From Heptranchias perlo (taxonomy: Eukaryota), in contig NC_090352.1 of NCBI RefSeq assembly GCF_035084215.1, forward strand, positions 6,386,001-6,450,000: a stretch of 64,000 bases of DNA, read 5' to 3'. Positions within the stretch are counted from its first letter, which is position 1; every line of letters begins with the position of its first letter. Of the stretch, positions 35,306 to 48,932 are shown in pieces. The notes under the pieces were generated by a model. The model was not told the DNA's origin, ran no database searches, and worked only from the letters and a program-made list of their open reading frames with translations. Made by a program: the position numbers and the translations under genes.

Positions 35306-38300
35306 TTTTTTTAAATGAGCTGAGAAGGACCTCTGAGGAAAACCAGACCACCTTTCTGTTTCAAACTTACCCTGCTCATTTCCTGCTGCTTGATCTATGG
35401 AACAATATGGGTATAATTGGAAAGAAACTGTAGTTAGTAAGTCCCCAGGTTACAAATGTCAATCTTATAGGGCCACCAGGTGGTATATGAGAGGATGAAA
35501 ACTCCCCATCTGATTGGCTGCCTCCCCATGTAGGTTGCCGATCATAATGAAGATTGAGGAACAAAAACTGGGGGCGGGGGGGAAGAAAAGCAGAAAATCA
35601 ACGCATTCAATCAAAAACTTTCCTTTCCAATCCTACCATTTTCTCACCAATTTTCCCCTTTCTCGACAGCAGTACGGTGGAATTGCCTGTCAGTATTCAC
35701 CGCCTAGATTCACACATTAAGAAACGCCACTTAGGCACTTATGCAGGGCAGGCCTATCAGTATCCGAGCGAGAAAGTCAGGTTAATACTGGCGATCGAAG
35801 AGGCTGCTCGGTCTGCCGCCTGCTCCCTGAGCTTATTTCAGATTTGCAGAATTCACGATGTTCACCTTATCTGTGCAATTACAGCAGTTCCTTCCATATT
35901 CCTCACAGGCACACTGCCGATTGGCAGCTCACAAACCAGGCTTTGTCCACCCTCTGCAGCCCAGGTTAAAATCTAACCTGCAAGAAGATAAAAGATCACT
36001 AAAATGCCTGTTCACTGAGGACTCTGAGTGAATGGAGTTTGGATTAAACATGGATGGAACGGCCATTGTGATAATAAAACATTTGCAAAGGAGATCTGGT
36101 GCCACACACTCTGGTTTGTTGATGCAATCTAAAATTTGATTTGAATTTGGAGGGGATTTGGATTATAAAACCTCCCCTACACAAATGACAGCACAAAAAG
36201 AAATTTGAAGTTGGAGCTGAATCAGATTTTCATATTATAGTTAACAAAAGGACATTAATTTAACCTGGGTCAGATCTGATTTGACCCAGGTGCTCTTTGT
36301 TGACTTGGAATGGCTGTGCTATCTACCAGTCGAGGCTACTCACAATCCTGGAAAGCCAACAAATTGTTTCATATATAGGATCCATCACATCCCAAAGATT
36401 AGCAAGGATCCCTTCGAGTAATACAGGCTAATGTTCATAAGGTGTATGGAAGCTGGATCAGTGGTGCAGCCTTGTTGACCTGGGAGTGCAGACATTCAAT
36501 AGAGTGCAGATAAATGCTCCTTTCTCCAGTACTAATGTCCTTCAGCTTAATCTACCCCCATTAAGTGCAATCAGAATGCATGGGATTAAAAACAATCCAT
36601 TGCAGGAGATGAATAAGAAGTAAAATGAAAAAAAAATCACAGGTTTGTTCTATACAGTTTAACAAAAATAAATTCTATTCAAATACACAAGAGAAGTGTC
36701 AATTTTGCAAGAGCTTTGGTACAAAGCTGGTCGGTGGATCCTGCACTTAACACTGATAGCTGCACAACTAAAGTCATTGACTGGAAGTGAAGCACTTTGG
36801 GAGGTCTGGAGGATGAGATAAGGCACATTCAGCTGAGGGTCATTAGTAAACACAGGATGTCACTGATGAGTCAATCAATGAAATGGAGTGCAGCAAATAT
36901 TTACACCAGCTGCATCTGATTCTGTAAATATATTTGAGTTATGCTCCCTTTGTATCTTTGAGATGCCGATAGTTTGAGTATGTTTTACTATGGAGGATTT
37001 GAATCATGTGAAGGTGCTACTTATTTAACATTGATATCCTCCATGTGTATGGGATACGTGTTATTTGAGCTGTTAGTTAAACTCTAGGCTCTCAAATGTC
37101 AAGTCTTACATTAAACTTGGGATTAAAGGTATTTCATGGTGTTTTACTCCAAATCGCATAACTTTGTTTCAGTTTGTCTTGTGTCTCTCATTTTTCCCTC
37201 CCATTTGAAGGTTTGCCGAAGATTACTCAAGTCGATTGTGGTTACCTGGGTAACCGCTGCTCTGCATTGGAATGACGCTGTCCCACCTTGAATCCCGTTT
37301 TGTGAGGCAGTTAAAGAAGAGCATCCCATCTCTGTACGGCCAACATTTCTTTCTGTCTCTCCCTATTGAATCATATAGGTAGTAGTTCACCACAACGCAG
37401 GCCTCTCTGGTGATGGGGCATGTTTGTCTAATCTATTGTGCAAAATGTTCAGAGTGTACTCACAATTCAGCTGATGTCACGGTGTTAGAACTCGGTGCAG
37501 CTAACAATTTTCCACCATTGTTTCCATCCATCTTACCCGCATTTCGCTATAATCTTCTCCATTTCTCCCAAATTAAATGTATTGTTTCGATAAACAATTA
37601 ACAAACACCTTAAAGCATTGGGTGCCTGTAGCAAAGTGATGATCCTGTGTTAGTCACCCAAACACATTTTTAAAATTTCCAGTTGAGAATCACTTGGGAG
37701 GCAAGAGCAATGGGTTAGCACACTGGCCTTTCATCTCCAGACACTCAATCCAGCCCAGTGACAATCTCCTCTGCCCGTTGGCTGTAAGTGTTGTGTGTGA
37801 AATGTGGTTGGACAGTGTCAGCCCAGCTTCCACAGCACAAAAGCAGCAATCTCACCCTGAAAGGTCACATGGCAAACAGCAGTGCTGCTCTAGCACAGTA
37901 GGGTATACACTAGGGCAGATTGTTGGGCAAGAGTAATGGGAGCTTTATTGTATAACTAATCACGCTGTAGATGACCCAGGAGTGTTTGATCCTGGCACTG
38001 GGTACCCAAGATAGGAAAGTGAAATTCTATTTCTCAGTCAGTGGAGCGTAAAATCGGGCTTGGTGTAGAACGGGTGTCCAACCCGGACTCACCCCATTCC
38101 CGCCGGGCAGGTTAGGTTAAAATTGGGGCTATTGTCTCTCATCTTAATCAGCACAAAAACTCCCCACCCTCCATTTAAAAAAAAAATTGGGACTAATAAT
38201 TTGCTAATAATCACATTGCAAAAATTGACCAAGTTTCCTGTCATTTGGCCCATTCCGACTCTTCAGCTTCTAACATAGGCAGAGTAGAGCAATCATATGT

Positions 38301-41300
38301 TTCAATGGGAGCTTTATTTGGTTCGTCCATCATTGCTGGATTGTAGCTCTTAATTTATCGTAAAAATTAACAGGCAGTATGGAGAGCAAAGGGCATCCCA
38401 CGTAGACATCAACTGAGTCTGGTACAGATCTGGCGTTGTACAAAAATGAATCATTGCTTCTTTGCTAACAGCAGCCTACAGCGAACTACACAGCCAACTA
38501 ACAGATTGTGGTCTTGCTCTTTGGGACTGCACGTTTAAGGACTGCTCACTGGTGAACATGTCATCAAATTCCTGAGCACCCACATTTGAAAACATTACTG
38601 AAGAAAACAATCCGGCTCCCTCCTGCATCTTGCCCGCCATGTCCCGCCACGCTTGTTGTTTCAAGCAAAAGGGCTTCTGCTCTCTCTGGGGACTTTCAGT
38701 TTTGCTCCATGACATTTTTCTTTTATGACTCCTTCAAATGAAGTGCTCCATCACTGTTTTGTACTTCTAGCAATCTGGCCTACTGAGGACAGGAGAGTTC
38801 AAATATCAGTGAATGCTGCGAACCCTGCTCACATTTAGTAGTAGTCCACCAGATATATCATTTTAAGGACGATTTGACCCAAAGGAAAATGCAAATGAGC
38901 TGAAGGTCAATTGCCAGTATGATCATTTGTGTTTGTATCTGGCTGTACTGTATCGCCAGTCCCATGACTGTTAGAAAGCAATCAACAATGCTTCTAATTT
39001 GAACTGTGGCCCGGAATATATAACACACATGCTGTGAGCAAGGTTTCTAAGCTGCAAACATTTCCAGCACAGTTTTAGTAGCTGTTCCCAGAACGTTGGG
39101 ATATCCCGATGGAATTTGTCATTCCCGCGTGACAAACACATGTCCCATGTCATCGTGATCCGTCCACCGCTCCCACTGAGCAGACCCTTGTCTAATCTAA
39201 CATGCCTACTAACCAACGTTCTATTGTATTCACCTCTCGTAGAGCTGGGGAACCTGATCTTTTCAGAAGGACAGCACTGGCTCGCAACTAATCATTTTCT
39301 TGGCTTGGAAGTTTAATCAATGGCAAACTTAACCTCTTTCTATGTTTTCTCAATACCAAGAAATAGCTTTTAATGAGCTCTGATCTCACAGTGAAATAAT
39401 ACGTACAGTGTTTCAGTGTTCTCCACATACAGAGTGAACAGAACTCATTCCTCAATCGCTTATTGAAATCAGTATTTTGATTGGATAAAAGGAGCAGCGT
39501 GCTCTTTAAATTTTAATGTCCTTGTTACTTTTGTGAATTTGTGACGAGTTTTCACAAAACATCTATTTCCCTCTCAAGACACAGGTTGATGGTTCTGAAA
39601 GGGCGGGGGGAGGGGGGAGAGGAGTAGCTGGTGGCACATTTGAAGAGATGGTGGGCTACCACGGTAACAAGCTTTGTGGAGAACACCAGCACTAATGTGA
39701 TGTAGGTTGCAGTTTTTCTAGATCTCATTATATTTATGCTAATGTATTTCTGATAATTTGATGATGCTGCCTAGATCATCAAACCTTTAAAAGCCAAGGC
39801 CTAGGTTAAGGCTTTGTGAATCTGGCAATCGGGCTTCAGAAATCTTTCTTCATATCGCATTCCCTCATATTAAAGGAATTTTTAAATCAAAAGCGATTTT
39901 AATCACACTGTTTCTGTGTAAACATTGTTACCTCCACTGATTGATGCTTTTAAAAGCAATTCTACTACTTATTTTCTTTTGCTTTAAACTGCGTGTAGCT
40001 TTTGGGAGGCTTTTTAACTACACTCCCTTTACACACTAGAGTTTAATCTGTTTTTGAAAGTGCAATCCAGTCTTTGGTGAGTCTGATATGATCCAGCCTG
40101 TAGTTTAAAGTGGGAGTCTGTCCCCTTATCTAAAGGCAATCGAAGGTGTAGATATGAGAGCGTTCACTGTTTGCGGCCTACCTCAGCTGATTTTTGACAT
40201 TGCACCAGGCATGATTCTTTTTCCAGTTCACTCCCCTCCTCTCTGGAAAGTGCCGGCTTAAGCCGGGGTTTGGTTCATTTGGTGCCAACAAACCTCTGAT
40301 ACCTCACCCATGTGTGAGCCTAGACAGTGACTGTCGGCAGGCTATCGAACCCAACCCTGTCCGCGTCTAGTGCCCCAGGGGTGTCTGCGTGACGCAAACA
40401 TTAAAAAAAAATCGACTAACAATTTTAATTAAATTGCATCATAATTACAATAAACTGAATTTCTCAGAGAACCAATCCATACACTCCATGCACCGTTCCA
40501 ACACCTGACAACTCCCTCAATTCAAAAATAAGTGGGACAGTGAAGCTGAGTTTGAAAAATGGCTGTTTTTTGAAGGTAATATGGGTCAGCTTTTATTTGG
40601 GAGAGGCAAGTGGAAAGCCGGATCAAAGCAACTCAGACGCATCACAGCCCCTTAGAGTCCTAAATATTTCTAACACTTAAACTTTTGGTATTTGATGCCA
40701 AGGCTCAGTCCTGCAGCCTTTGCACAGGCTGAATTCCGTGACAGATAATTGGAATTCTGTGTCGGAGAATTAGAATTCTGGGTTAGATAATTAGAATTCT
40801 ATGTCAAATACTGTCACAATATTTCAGAAAAACACATGCAGACTACTTGTACACTTGCGTTATCCAGTGTAATCACTTTTCATTTAATTACTTACAGACA
40901 CATTTCTATGGAGTAAATGCACCTTCTGCATAACAGCATGTTTGTGTAACATAACCTCCATTGAATTTGACCTCAGGCTTCCCTCCTCCAGGCCCCCAAT
41001 TAATTGAAAACAGTAGCAGATCTGAAGTATAATTTTCAATCCCCTCGAGAATACTGGTTTATCAGGCACACATTTAAATTCCAGATCTTGAATTTTTCCT
41101 ATAAAGTTACATTTTTACATAAAGAACTATCTTCAATTATTTCCAGTTTAAATCCTTAGGTCTAGAGTGCACATGTGATTGGCGGAATCCAAGCGCTAAC
41201 CATTTCTGCCATAGTTTATGAGCCATGTCCATGGTTTACACTGTAAAGAAACAATATCATCTGCCCAAAATTCCTCCTCATCTGGCAAAGCAGTCCCCTT

Positions 41301-42664
41301 GAGATTCTGAAGATAATGTTGATCGTACTAAATGGATGAACATTTGTCTGTCAAAGCATAGCATTCACCAAGGCCTCAATCTCTGTCGCTCAAAACCTCA
41401 AGCGATACCCAGTAAAAGCATAAGAAAATATGGAATGAGAAAGGCCATTCAGCCCCGAGCCTGCTCCTTCCATAGACCCAGGTACAATCGACCCTACCCT
41501 ACACCCTTCTAAAGGTGCTTTTTAGATTGCACTAGCACCACTGGGTGCCCCAAGCACCGGTCTCACGCAGCCAGCTGCAAACCAAGGTAGGAGGGCCTGC
41601 AAGACCTGCTAAAATGGGTCTTCCAGGCAGCCAGTCTTTTCAAGTCCTGCCTCTTTTGTATTTGGTTTGCAGCTGGCTGCTCAATTCTCGTGTTTGAGGA
41701 ACCCAGTGGCACTAGCACAGGTCTCGGCAATCTCCTAAGGGAAGACTCTGCATAAATAATCCCTAAAAGGCCTGAAAAGATCTGTTACCACGAGAGCTAG
41801 TTTTTTTGGCAAGCATGCCTACAGCCTAATCTTATATCGCTCTTAGTATTAAACGTACTGCTTCACACACAGTGGCCATTCATTAGTGGAGCTATTAAGT
41901 TTACAGGAACGCAAGCCCATCACACACACTATTAGTAGCCAGTTCATCCTAAAAACATCATTTAAAAAAATATATAAATAAAAAATGGTATATGGTCACC
42001 AGAACTTACTTTGGCAGAACAAGTCTCTCCAGACCCCACACAAATAGAGCATAACCGAGAAGTTTCTTTCTGGTTACAGTACTGAGCTTGTTCTACCCAC
42101 TACACCACTTTACAAAGCGTCAGAGCTTGGGGGGAAGAAATAATCAACTGAATCTGTCACATCAAAAATATCTAACACCTAAATGTTCGTATTATGATAT
42201 TTAACAGTTTGAAAAATAAGGTCAAATCTCCGAGGCTGTTCAAATGTTAAAAAGAAAACTTTCCAGTAGATTCCTGAACTTTACAGTTGATTCCTGACTT
42301 CTACAGCATTGTCCTGCCCCCTTTCCTGTCCCACTCCCCAATCTTTTGGGATGTGAGTCACTGTTTTTCCAAGATGATACCATTGCCTTTTATGGTGACT
42401 CAGATCTTGTGAGGATTTTTTTTTTCCTTGCTGTTGCTAGTTGATGTAAAAATAATTGTCACATGCAGATAAAAGGCAATAAGACTTATGTTTTGTCCAT
42501 TAAAATAGGATTTCAATTTTATCACATTAACTGCAACACTAGAATGCAGTCACTTCAATATAATAACAATATGCATTTATACAGCATTTTTAAACAAAAA
42601 AATGTCCTAAAGCACTTCAAAGAGGCGTAAAGGAAAAAGGCCAGATCACAAATCCTGTTATATC

Positions 42665-42930
42665 GAATTATAGAATGTTACAGCACAGAAGGAGGCCATT
42701 CGGCCCGTCATGTGTGTGCTGGCTCTTTGAAAGAGCTATCCAATTAGTCCCACTGCCTCCTCTCTTTCCCCACAGCCCTACAAATTTTTCTTTTCAAGTG
42801 TATGTCCAACTCCCTTTTGAAAGTTACTACTGAATCTGCTTCCATCACCCTTTCAGGCAGCGCATTCCTGATCATAACAACTCGCTGCGTAAAGAAATGT
42901 CTTCACATTTCCCCTCTGATTCTTTTGCCG
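42665..42930 (-). mobile_element. CR1 3' fragment
   Basis: Same 3' UTR family as 27415 and 29727. Confidence 0.8.
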
Positions 42931-43447
42931 TGAGATAAATCAGCTCTGATAGGGAGTTGGGGGAGATCAGGTTGCTAAACAATCAGACTTGCTTAAAACA
43001 CTGGATGCCCCAATACTGATCAGGTCAGAAACTGAGTGGATATGGTAACAAATGTTTATATTCATATCAGGATTGCGCCTAGGTGAATTTGATCATTACA
43101 CAATATCTTTTGCATCCCTGTTAACATCACTGAATAATGTGCCTACAACTCAGTCAAAGGAAAAACTATAATGGGGCAGATTTCCCTGCATCTGCCCCTG
43201 TGGCTATTGGATTGTTTGGGAACAGTGAATACAGGAAAATCGGGATATGGGCTGATTTTCCTCCCCACCCAGGTTTCCTGTATACACGATCCAAAATCCC
43301 CAGGTGCCAGAATAGGAAAATCTGCCTCCTGTGTTTGTAAGGCACGAGTGACTTAACGCTTTATCGCCTTTTGCTTGCTATGTACAGTGTTATCTAATCC
43401 AGGTTCATTCCTGTCTCCCCTGTTTTTTTTTCGTCCCACTCATTCAG

Positions 43448-43655
43448 TGCACGTAAGCGGCCCATTCCGTACTACAGGCCCAGCCCTTCGTCGCCCAGCT
43501 CCCTGAGCAGTTACTCTTCCTACAGCAGGAGCCGAAGCCGCAGCTACGACAGCTACAGTTCGTACAGTCGGAGCCGGACTCGCAGCCGGAGTCGGACTCG
43601 CAGTCGGAGCGCCAGCTACGACAGTCGGAGCAGCTCGGAAAGTACAGGCTTTTAG
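43448..43655 (+). CDS. SRRM3: SRRM3 terminal coding exon, C-half of eMIC domain and RS tail
   Basis: Acceptor CCCACTCATTCAG|T. Reads (S)ARKRPIPYYRPSPSSPSSLSSYSSYSRSRSRSYD...SRSSSESTGF, TAG at 43653-43655. Absent from the ORF track because it has no start codon. Confidence 0.95.
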
Positions 43656-44030
43656 GAGGGGATTAAAAAAAAAACAACATACACACAAAAAATAAACAAC
43701 AGTAAAACATCAGCTACTGACTCGTTTCCAAAACAGGAGACGTGAACCTGCGAGTACCTGCAGTCCCAGTAGGTCACTGCAACCAGATTTGTATTATAAT
43801 GAGTATATATTTATATCAAGATAGCCTTGTAGGTCCTAACATTCATGAATTCTTAGACCCAGGCTTACACATCATTCAACACTGATGAAGGGACGGACAA
43901 ATCAGATTTTGCAGTCTTCGAACTGTCTCCATCCTGTGTTTCCTTTATTTGCCAGTGGACACCTTTCAGGAGTTTCAAACCATTTGCCTGGTGCTGAGAT
44001 TTAAACGGAACACATTTTTTTAATAAACAC
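43656..44030 (+). other. SRRM3: SRRM3 3' UTR with candidate poly(A) signals
   Basis: AATAAA at about 43691 and 44023, with another at about 44798. The true end cannot be determined from sequence. Confidence 0.45.
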
Positions 44031-45221
44031 GAATTGTAAACCTCTGCAAAAGAATTCTTCCATGAAGTCATATGAACCAAAAGTCGGCAACTTCCTCCAA
44101 ACAAATGACATGCAGCTATTTAAAAAAAAAAATCTCACACACTTTTTTTCTGGTTGACTGGAATTTGTATTGAACAAATCTTCAGGAGTTTCTGCGCTGA
44201 TACTTTTCGACGAGCCTCTGGACAAAAAACCACCAGATGAACAAGTGGACCGGCCGACACGGAAGCTCTCTTCACTTGGTCTCATTCAGCAACGCCGCCT
44301 ACAAACTGCAGGCCTTCCTTGGATTCCTCCTACTGACCTTGTAATATTGAGAGGGAAACAAAGTTTAAGTCACTGTTATGGTTGCAAAAATGGAAAACTA
44401 TGCACTGTAAATATAGTACAATTAGCACATGGTGGGATGGGGGCGGGGGTGTGGCTCTGAGAGTTCAAAGGGGAATCATAACATGCTGTACTAAAGCAAC
44501 AACTTATGTAGAATTGTATTCATTCCTCTAGTTGCTTTCTACTAGATGCTAGTTGAGGCTTGTTCAAACAGCGATGTTGATGCTAAGAATTTCTCATAAA
44601 TATACGAGTTGTTTAAGTGTTGTGCAGCAAAAACCATCATCTTTCGTTTAATGACATTCCCATTCTCCATCCTTTAGGCTTTTTAAGGCCCCCCCCCCCC
44701 CCCACCTTAAAAGCCATCTTGTTGTTACAACCATCGTGCTTATTTTGTTTAAACAGATCTGGTTAGGTTTAGCCTTTGCTCACTAAGTGACTCACCCAAA
44801 TAAAGCTCCCCGTCTCTCTATGAGGAGGGAGTGCCCCGGAATCCTGCCACTGCCCACACCCAGTCTGCTAAAAACCACTGGTTTGGCAAGGTGAACAGCA
44901 CTGTACAGTCAAGCTATTGGATTACTGATTCTAACATTGGTGTCACCACTGAAAGACACTGAGGAACTGCACGGTGACTCCATCAAACCATTGCGAGAGA
45001 CTGAGGGTTAAAGAGAGACAGACAGAGCCAGAGGCAGACAGTAACATTCCAGAGTTGCTTGAGGCCACAAAAAAGGGGCCCAAGTTTCCAGACCAATGTT
45101 AGGCATTTGGAATCTTTCCAATTTCATATTCATTTAATTCAAAATGCAGATTTGAGCCTTTAGTGTGGAAGGTTCTTCTACAGTTTGGGAGTTGGTCGCT
45201 TGGAACAGTAGTTTTGACACT

Positions 45222-48200
45222 GGGGTAGAAATTTGCCTTGGTCGTGGCGCAAAACGTGCAGAAGCACACCGTTATACTCGCCTCCCGATATACTCACCGC
45301 CCGGGGAAACTCACTGCCCGATATACTCACCGCCCGGGGATACTCACCGCCCGGGGATACTCACCGCCCGGGGATACTCACCGCCCGATATACTCACCGC
45401 CCGATATACTCACCGCCCGGGGAAACTCACCGCCCGATATACTCACCGCCCGGGGATACTCACCGCCCGGGGATACTCACCGCCCGATATACTCACCGCC
45501 CGATATACTCACCGCCCGGGGAAACTCACCGCCCGATATACTCACCGCCCGGGGATACTCACCGCCCGGGGATACTCACCGCCCGGGGATACTCACCGCC
45601 CGATATACTCACCGCCCGGGGAAACTCACCGCCCGATATACTCACCGCCCGGGGATACTCACCGCCCGATATACTCACCGCCCGGGGATACTCACCGCCC
45701 GGGGATACTCACCGCCCGGGGATACTCACCGCCCGATATACTCACCGCCCGGGGATACTCACCGCCCGGGGATACTCACCGCCCGGGGATACTCGCCTCC
45801 CGATATACTCACCGCCCGGGGAAACTCACCGCCCGATATACTCACCGCCCGGGGATACTCACCGCCCGGGGATACTCACCGCCCGATATACTCACCGCCC
45901 GATATACTCGCCTCCCGATATACTCACCGCCCGGGGATACTCACCGCCCGATATACTCACCGCCCGATATACTCACCGCCCGATATACTCACCGCCCGAT
46001 ATACTCACCGCCCGGGGATACTCACCGCCCGGGGATACTCACCGCCCGATATACTCACCGCCCGATATACTCACCGCCCGATATACTCGCCTCCCGATAT
46101 ACTCACCGCCCGGGGATACTCACCGCCCGATATACTCACCGCCCGGGGATACTCACCGCCCGGGGATACTCACCGCCCGATATACTCACCGCCCGGGGAT
46201 ACTCACCGCCCGATATACTCACCGCCCGGGGATACTCACCGCCCGATATACTCACCGCCCGGGGATACTCACCGCCTGATATACTCACCGCCCGGGGAAA
46301 CTCACCGCCCGATATACTCCCCTCCCGATATACTCACCGCCTGGGGATACTCACCGCCCGATATACTCACCGCCCGGGGATAATCACCGCCTGATATATT
46401 CACCGCCCGTGGAAACTCACCGCCCGATATACTCCCCTCCCGATATACTCACCGCCCGGGGATACTCACCGCCCGGGGAAACTCACCGCCCGATATACTC
46501 ACCGCCCGGGGATACTCACCGCCCGGGGATACTCACCGCCCGGGGAAACTCACCGCCCGATATACTCCCCTCCCGATATACTCACCGCCTGGGGATACTC
46601 ACCGCCCGATATACTCACCGCCCGGGGATACTCACCGCCCGATATACTCCCCTCCCGATATACTCACCGCCCGGGGATACTCACCGCCTGATATACTCAC
46701 CGCCCGGGGATACTCACCGCCCGATATACTCCCCTCCCGATATACTCACCGCCCGGGGATACTCACCGCCTGATATACTCACCGCCCGGGGATACTCACC
46801 ACCCGATATACTCCCCGCCCGGGGATATTCACCGCCCGTTATACTCCCCTCCCGATATACTCACTGCCCGGGGATACTCACCGCCCGATATACTCACCGC
46901 CCGATATACTCCCCTCCCGATATACTCACCGCCCGATATACTCCCCGCCCAGGGATATTCACCGCCCGTTATACTCCCCTCCCGATATACTCACTGCCCG
47001 GGGATACTCACCGCCCGATATACTCACCGCCCGATATACTCCCCTCCCGATATACTCCCCTCCCGATATACTCCCCTCCCGATATACTCACTGCCCGGGG
47101 ATACTCACCGCCCGATATACTCCCCTCCCGATATACTCCCCTCCCGATATACTCCCCTCCCGATATACTCCCCGCCCGATATACACACCGCCCGATATAC
47201 TCCCCTCCCGATATACTCCCCTCCCGATATACTTACTGCCCGGGGATACTCCCCGCCCGATATAATCCCCTCCCGATATACTCACCGCCCGATATACTCA
47301 CCGCCCGATATACTCCCCTCCCGATATACTCCCCTCCCGATATACTCGGCGCCCGATATACTCGCCGCCTGATATACTCCCCTCCCGATATACTCACCGC
47401 CCAATATACTCGCTGCCCGATATACTCCCCTCCCGATATACTCACCGCCCGATATACTCCCCTCCTGATATACTCACCGCCCGTTATACTCCCCTCCCGA
47501 TATACTCCCCTCCCGATATACTCCCTGCCCGATATACTCACCGCCTGATATACTCTCCTCCCGATATACTCTCCTCCCGATATACTCCCCGCCCGATATA
47601 CTCACCGCCCGTTATACTCTCCTCCCGATATACTCCCCGCCCGATATACTCGCCGCCCGTTATACTCTCCTCCCGATATACTCTCCGCCCGATATACTCC
47701 CCTCCCGATATACTCCCCTCCCGATATACTCCCCGCCCGATATACTCTCCTCCCGATATACTCACCGCCCGATATATTCCCTCCCGATATACTCACCGCC
47801 CGATATATTCCCTCCCGATATACTCACCGCCCGATATATTCCCTCCCGATATACTCCCCGCCCGATATACTCACCGCCCGATATACTCCCCGCCCAATAT
47901 ACTCACCGCCGGTTATACTCCTCTCCCGATATACTCACCGCCCGATATGCTCCCCGCCCGTTATACTCTCCTCCCGATATACTCCCCGCCCGGGGATACT
48001 CACCGCCCGATATACTCCCCGCCCAATATACTCCTCTCCCGATATACTCATCGCCCGATATACTCCCCGCCCGATATACTCGCCACCCGATATACTCACC
48101 GCCCGATATACTCCCCTCCCGATATACTCACCGCCCGATATACTCCCCTCCCGATATACTCACCGCCCGATATACTCACCACCCGATATACTCACCGCCC

Positions 48201-48932
48201 GATATACTCACCACCCGATATACTCGCCGCCCGATACACTCACCGCCCGATATACTCCCCGCCTGATATACTCCCCTCCCGATATGCTCCCCGCCTGATA
48301 TACTCCCCTCCCGATATACTCCCCTCCCGATATACTCCCCTCCCGATATACTCCCCTCCCGATATACTCGCCGCCCGATATACTCACCGCCCGATATACT
48401 CCCCTCCCGATATACTCACCGCCCGATATACTCACCGCCCGATATACTCGCCACCCGATATACTCACCGCCCGATATACTCCCCGCCCGATATACTCCCC
48501 GCCTGATATACTCGCCACCCGATATACTCACCGCCCGATATACTCCCCTCCCGATATACTCACCGCCCGATATACTCCCCTCCCGATATACTCACCGCCC
48601 GATATACTCACCACCCGATATACTCACCGCCCGATATACTCACCACCCGATATACTCGCCGCCCGATACACTCACCGCCCGATATACACCCCGCCCGATA
48701 TACTCCCCTCCCGATATACTCCCCGCCCAATATACTCCCCGCCTGATATACTCCCCTCCCGATATACTCCCCGCCCGATATACTCCCCTCCCGATATACT
48801 CCCCGCCCGATATACACCCCGCCCGATATCCAATTCTGTTGACTTCAGTAGAACTTAATATCGGGAGTATAACGGCCGGTCGATTCGTTACTGCCTGTTA
48901 TGCACTACCACCCGAGTCGGATTTTTTACCCC
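45222..48932. mobile_element. Palindromic Harbinger-like MITE hosting the minisatellite
   Basis: Termini GGGGTAGAAATT / GGATTTTTTACCCC flanked by a 3-bp ACT direct repeat (45219-45221, 48933-48935). Confidence 0.7.
45271..48829. repeat. Minisatellite, 16/17-bp units (GATATACTCACCGCCC / GGGGATACTCACCGCCC / GATATACTCCCCTCCC)
   Basis: Directly visible tandem array of about 3.56 kb, roughly 220 units by length division. Confidence 0.98.

Noticed and set aside
31030-43655. Assignment to SRRM4 or SRRM2 rather than SRRM3
   Set aside because: The SFMEPRRIT motif and the terminal SSES.GF match my recollection of SRRM3. Reciprocal BLAST and synteny would confirm this.
43440-43688. Minus-strand Ala/Pro/Val-rich 82-aa ORF
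   Set aside because: It is the antisense shadow of the RS-repeat terminal SRRM3 exon.
45271-48829. CRISPR-like array
   Set aside because: Units are contiguous with no unique spacers, there are no cas genes, and the context is vertebrate.
45165-48858. Long ORFs (300-409 aa) with repeating YSPPDILTAR / YTHRP peptides
   Set aside because: By-product of a stop-free 16/17-bp tandem repeat. All three frames are open and cycle through the same peptides, and I saw no supporting gene structure.
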